A stretch of DNA of 64,000 bases, from the NCBI GenBank assembly GCA_035286125.1, contig JAYKIS010000037.1:5365-69364 (forward strand), read 5' to 3'. Source of the stretch: Candidatus Sericytochromatia bacterium (GTDB taxonomy: Bacteria > Cyanobacteriota > Sericytochromatia > S15B-MN24 > VGJW01). The translations under genes and the position numbers were made by a program. Each line of letters starts with the position of its first letter. The stretch's first letter is position 1. A model generated the notes under the pieces. That model saw only the letters and a list, made by a program, of their open reading frames with translations. It did no database searches and was not told the origin of the DNA. Positions 60,150 to 64,000 of the stretch are shown in pieces.

Positions 60150-61855
60150 TCAGCTGCCCTGCTTGATCGACCACTCGTGGCAGTTCCAGAGGTTGCCTGC
60201 CGAGGTGGGGTTGGGCTTGAAGCCCTCGATGCGCTGGTTGACGACGTTGAGTGTCGTCCAGACCAGCAGCGGCATCATCGGGGCGTCCTGGGCCAGCAGC
60301 AGCTGGATGCGCTTGTATATCTTCGCGCGCTCCGCCGTATTGACCGTCTTGTTGCCGGCCTCCGTCAGCTTGTCGACCTCGGGATTGCTGTAGCGTGTGT
60401 AGTTCTGGCCAGCGGGCGGATGCTGCTTGCTGTTCCAGAGGAAGATGTTGTTCGGATCGATGTTGCTGACCCAGGCGTAGAGGCCAAGGTCATACTGGCC
60501 GCTGTACAGCAGGCCGTCCGGCCGACCGAAGAGCTTGGGCCCGGGGACGTTGTTGATCTCGAGGTTGATGCCGACGGCCTTGAGGTAGCTCTTCATGACC
60601 TGCTCGGTCAGCTCGCGGGGCTTGCGGCCGCTGGTCGAAGCGATGCCCAGCTTGAGCTGCTTGCCATCCTTGGCGCGGAAGCCGTCCGCCCCCATCGTCC
60701 AGCCGGCTTCGTCCAGGAGCTTCTTGGCGCCTTCGGGGTCGAAGGCCGACAGCTTCTCGACGGCGGGTTCGTAGTAGGTGGTGTTGAGCGGCGACTGGTC
60801 GCTGTAGGCCGCCTTGTAGAGGCCCTTGTAGATCTTGGCCGAGATCTCCTCGCGGTTGATGGCCATCGAGATGGCACGACGGACCTTGACGTCGGCCAGG
60901 ACGGGATTGGCGAGGTTGAAGTCGAGATGCTCGTAGGAGAGGGAGGGCGTCTCATGGATCACGACGCCGGACATCTGCTTGAGCTGGTCGTACTGTGTCA
61001 GCGCGGCGCTCTGGTAGATGTCGATGGCCCCGGCCTGCAACTGGGTGTAGGCATTGTTCTCGTCCGGAATGATCTTGAAGACGATGGTCTCGACCTTCGG
61101 CTTGCCGCGGTAGTAGGCCGGGTTCGCCTCGTAGGTGATGTGGTCGCCGGGCACCCACTCCTTGAACTTGAAGGCTCCGGATCCGACCGGGGCGCGGTTC
61201 CATGCCGACTGGTTGAAGTGGCTGTCGCCGGGCTTGTCCTGCTTCTTGAGGTCCGCCTCGAGCAGGTGTCGCGGGAAGATGCCGCCAAACAGCCCCAGGT
61301 AGGGGGCGTAGATTTCCTTGAAGTGGACGACGACGGTCTGGGCGTCCGGGGTATCGATGGCCTTGATCTTGTCGTAACCATCACGGCTGGTCACCTTGAC
61401 CGCCGGGTCCTGATAGACCTGCCATGTGAATTTGACGTCATCCGAGGTCACGGGCCTGCCGTCGTGCCATGTGGCCTTGCGCAACTTGTAGGTCACGGCC
61501 ATGCCCTTGCCCTCGAGCTTGACGCCCTTGTTCTCGAGCGTGGGCACGGTCTCCTGGCCGAGACCGTGCCCTTGTTCTCGAGCGTGGGCACGGTCTCGGC
61601 CAGGTCTGCGATGTACTCCATCTTGTCGTTGACGGTGATGAGTGCGCTCATGATCGGCGTGATGGCATCGACGGTGGCCATCATGCTCGAGATGGCCCCG
61701 TTCAGGGTCTCGGGCTCCTGCTGGTTGTGGATGACGATGGTCCGTGCCATGGCGCCGCCTTCCGGACCACCCGTCTTGGCGGGTTGGTCGCCCCCCTTGC
61801 CGGCGCAGCCGGCGAGCAGGCCGAGGGACAGGAGCGAAGGCAGGACGCGGCGCAT
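60150..61855 (-). pseudogene. Family-5 peptide/nickel substrate-binding lipoprotein (OppA/DppA), split by a 44-bp duplication
   Basis: The N-terminal fragment (61493-61855, lipobox LLAGCAG) and the C-terminal fragment (60150-61547) both encode ...TVPTLENKG at their junction. Removing 44 bp restores a single frame. This could be a real frameshift or an assembly artefact. Confidence 0.7.
61525..61597. repeat. Direct 29-bp repeat (period 44 bp) with an embedded inverted 15-mer
   Basis: cccttgttctcgagcgtgggcacggtctc occurs at 61525-61553 and again at 61569-61597. The spacer ctggccgagaccgtg is the reverse complement of the sequence flanking the second copy (cacggtctcggccag). Confidence 0.9.
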
Positions 61856-61913
61856 GGCGGGGGTGGTGCTCCGGACGGTCATGGGTGGGGGAGGGACGGG
61901 CAAGGACCGCGGG

Positions 61914-62930
61914 TCAGGCGACCGAGCCCGGAAGGCCGGCCATCGGCAACGTCACGGCCGGGTGATGGTGGCAAGCCACCATGTGGCCGGAGCCGGTGTC
62001 GACGAAGGCAGGGTCCTCGACGCGGCAACGGTCGATGGCCACGGGGCAACGCGTGTGGAAGCGACAACCCGAGGGCGGATTCACCGGGCTGGGGATGTCG
62101 CCTTGCAGGATGACGCGTTCCCGCTTGAGCGTCGGATCCGGCTCGGGCACGGCCGAGAGCAAGGCCTGGGTGTACGGGTGCTTCGGATTGGCGTAGAGCT
62201 GGTCCGAGGTGCCGAGTTCGACCATCTTGCCCAGGTACATGACGGCGACCCGGTCGCTGATGTGCTGGACGGTGGCCAGGTTGTGGGCGATGAACAGGTA
62301 CGTCAGCCCGAACTCGTCCTGCAGATCGTCCAGCAGGTTGAGGACCTGCGCCTGCACCGACACGTCAAGCGCCGAGACGGGTTCGTCGGCCACGATGAAG
62401 CGCGGCTTGATCGCGAGGGCGCGGGCAATGCCGATGCGCTGGCGTTGGCCGCCCGAGAACTCGTGGGGATAGCGGCCCGAGTAGGTCGGGGACAGGCCGA
62501 CGCGTTCCAGAAGCTCCTTGACGCGCTTCTGCACGGCAGCCTCGTCGCCCACGCCGTGGACCCTCAGCGGTTCGGCGATCGAGTCGCCGATGGTCATCCG
62601 GGGGTCAAGCGAGGCGTACGGGTTCTGGAACACGATCTGCATCTGCTTGCGCATCTCGCGCATCCGGTCGGCAGGCAGTTGAAGCAGGTCCTGGCCGTCG
62701 AACGTGACCTGTCCGGCCGTGGCCTCGATCAACCTCAGGATGAGCCGGCCCGTCGTGGACTTGCCACAACCGGACTCGCCCACCAGGCCCAGCGTCTCGC
62801 CGGGCATCACATCGAAATCGAGTCCGTCGACCGCCTTGACGGCCCCTACCTGCTTCTTGAAGAGGATGCCGCGATGGATGGGGAAGTGCTTCTTGAGGTT
62901 GCGAACCTGCAGCAGGGGGGTGGTGCTCAT
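61914..62930 (-). CDS. Peptide ABC transporter ATPase (OppF/DppF)
   Basis: Walker [10 protein letters not shown], signature [15 protein letters not shown], Walker [13 protein letters not shown]. Confidence 0.9.
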   Translation of the reverse strand: MSTTPLLQVRNLKKHFPIHRGILFKKQVGAVKAVDGLDFDVMPGETLGLVGESGCGKSTTGRLILRLIEATAGQVTFDGQDLLQLPADRMREMRKQMQIVFQNPYASLDPRMTIGDSIAEPLRVHGVGDEAAVQKRVKELLERVGLSPTYSGRYPHEFSGGQRQRIGIARALAIKPRFIVADEPVSALDVSVQAQVLNLLDDLQDEFGLTYLFIAHNLATVQHISDRVAVMYLGKMVELGTSDQLYANPKHPYTQALLSAVPEPDPTLKRERVILQGDIPSPVNPPSGCRFHTRCPVAIDRCRVEDPAFVDTGSGHMVACHHHPAVTLPMAGLPGSVA

Positions 62931-63943
62931 GGAGCCATGGCCTCCTCGGCGGCGGCAGACGCGACCCAGCAGCGTACCTGGTGGTCCGCGGAGATCGACG
63001 TCAAGCGGGGCATCTGGTCACAGGTGCCCGGCTGGTAGCTGGTGCACCGCGGCGCGAACGAGCAACCGGGCGGCAGGTGGGCCAACGATGGCGGCTGGCC
63101 TTCGATGGGCACGAGGCGTTCCTTGCTGCCACCCATCCGGGGGATGGACTTGAGCAGGCCCTGCGTATAGGGGTGGGCGGGGTTGGCGAAAAGCGTCTGG
63201 ACGTCGGTATATTCGACGACCTTGCCGGCGTACATCACCGCGACGTGGTCGCACATCTCGGCGACGACGCCGAGATCGTGGGTGATCAGCACGACGGCCG
63301 CTTGCCGCTCGGTGCGGATCTTGCGCATCAGGTCCAGGATTTGGGCCTGGATCGTGACGTCGAGTGCCGTCGTGGGCTCGTCGGCGATCAGTAGGTCCGG
63401 CTCGCACGCCAAGGCCATCGCGATGATGGCGCGCTGGCGCATGCCGCCCGAGAACTGGTGCGGATAGTCGTCGACCCGGTTCTCGGGAGAGGGGATCCCC
63501 ACGTCGGTCAGGGCCTTGATGGCGCGTTGCCTGGCCGTTGCACGGTCGACCTGCTGGTGGAGGATGATGGCCTCCATGATCTGCTCGCCCACCGTCAGGA
63601 CCGGGTTGAGACTGGTCATCGGGTCCTGGGAGATGAGGGCGATCCGGTTGCCGCGAATCTGCCGCATCTCGGGTTCGGGCAGCTTCAGCAGGTCCTGGCC
63701 CTGAAACAGGATCTGGCCACCTACCGTCCGTCCGTTGGGGCCTGAAACGAGCCGCATGATGGAAAGCGAGGTGATCGACTTGCCACAGCCGGACTCGCCG
63801 ACGATACCCAGGATATTGCCGCGCTGGACCTCGAAGTCCACGCCATCAACGGCCTTGACGACCCCTTCATCCGTGAAGAAGTGGGTCTGGAGACCGGAAA
63901 CCTTGAGCAATGCTTCGGCCACGTCGGGGGGGTCCTCCTGCAT
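62927..63943 (-). CDS. Peptide ABC transporter ATPase (OppD/DppD)
   Basis: Walker A GESGCGKS, signature [15 protein letters not shown], Walker [13 protein letters not shown]. Start at ATG 63943; the track ORF starts 15 codons earlier. Confidence 0.9.
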   Translation of the reverse strand: MQEDPPDVAEALLKVSGLQTHFFTDEGVVKAVDGVDFEVQRGNILGIVGESGCGKSITSLSIMRLVSGPNGRTVGGQILFQGQDLLKLPEPEMRQIRGNRIALISQDPMTSLNPVLTVGEQIMEAIILHQQVDRATARQRAIKALTDVGIPSPENRVDDYPHQFSGGMRQRAIIAMALACEPDLLIADEPTTALDVTIQAQILDLMRKIRTERQAAVVLITHDLGVVAEMCDHVAVMYAGKVVEYTDVQTLFANPAHPYTQGLLKSIPRMGGSKERLVPIEGQPPSLAHLPPGCSFAPRCTSYQPGTCDQMPRLTSISADHQVRCWVASAAAEEAMAP

Positions 63944-64000
63944 CGGACGATCCGAAACGATAGCACGCGGACGGCCGTGTTGCCACAATCCGTACGGACG

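Noticed and set aside
60144-63038. 964-aa plus-strand ORF across the opp operon
   Set aside because: It is antisense to four ABC-transporter genes that have unambiguous Walker/signature and EAA motifs. It has no motifs of its own.
1-64000. Search for mobile elements, prophage genes, CRISPR-Cas, toxin-antitoxin pairs, restriction-modification or other known defence modules
   Set aside because: I found no transposase, integrase, recombinase, Cas, reverse transcriptase, methyltransferase-endonuclease pair or terminal inverted repeats. tRNA-Thr is not flanked by an integrase or direct repeats. The only RHH-like gene is coupled to a cyclase, not a toxin.

Overview
This is a 64 kb stretch of a very GC-rich bacterial chromosome; codon third positions are almost all G/C. 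That bias makes the six-frame track full of long spurious antisense ORFs. I accepted an ORF only if I could recognise family motifs by eye, or if it had strong GC3 bias plus a plausible RBS, start or signal peptide. No tools were run. All homology statements are by-eye matches to remembered family consensus motifs.

The organism looks diderm: there are many lipoprotein lipoboxes, an outer-membrane protein ending in ...GVSF, and an Mla/Mce-type transporter.

Most of the window is housekeeping:
- nrnA-truB
- wecB-wecA-glyA-rpiB
- rplS-rbgA
- fadIJ and tRNA-Thr(CGU)
- dusB, acs
- glcDE
- ribE-ribBA-ribH
- an opp/dpp peptide ABC operon and a thiolase

I saw no transposase, integrase, phage gene, CRISPR array, rRNA or recognisable defence gene.

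Four things do not look ordinary:
1. A tight three-gene operon at 20616-25449. It encodes a membrane protein that appears to fuse a short FliF-like periplasmic ring region to a full-length FliG-like cytoplasmic region. The other two genes encode a BamE-like / Pro-Ala-rich / TPR periplasmic protein and an outer-membrane barrel with a CsgG/LpoB/FlgO-like N-domain. No other flagellar, export or stator gene is in the window. This is my best candidate for an undescribed envelope-spanning system.
2. A translationally coupled pair at 31599-34918. The first protein looks like a catalytically dead SNF2-type two-lobe helicase. The second has a YqhG-like N-terminus, a coiled coil and an array of 17 CxxC motifs. 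A CheR-TPR gene and a zinc-ribbon/cyclase/STAND-ATPase/TPR giant flank the pair.
3. Two paralogous Gly-Tyr-repeat lipoproteins next to an Mce/Mla transporter. They share an AT-rich upstream motif with a distant S8 protease gene.
4. A 44-bp quasi-palindromic duplication that frameshifts the peptide-binding protein gene of the opp operon.

Non-ATG starts (TTG/GTG) and 4-nt start/stop overlaps are frequent, so several of my starts differ from the ORF track.
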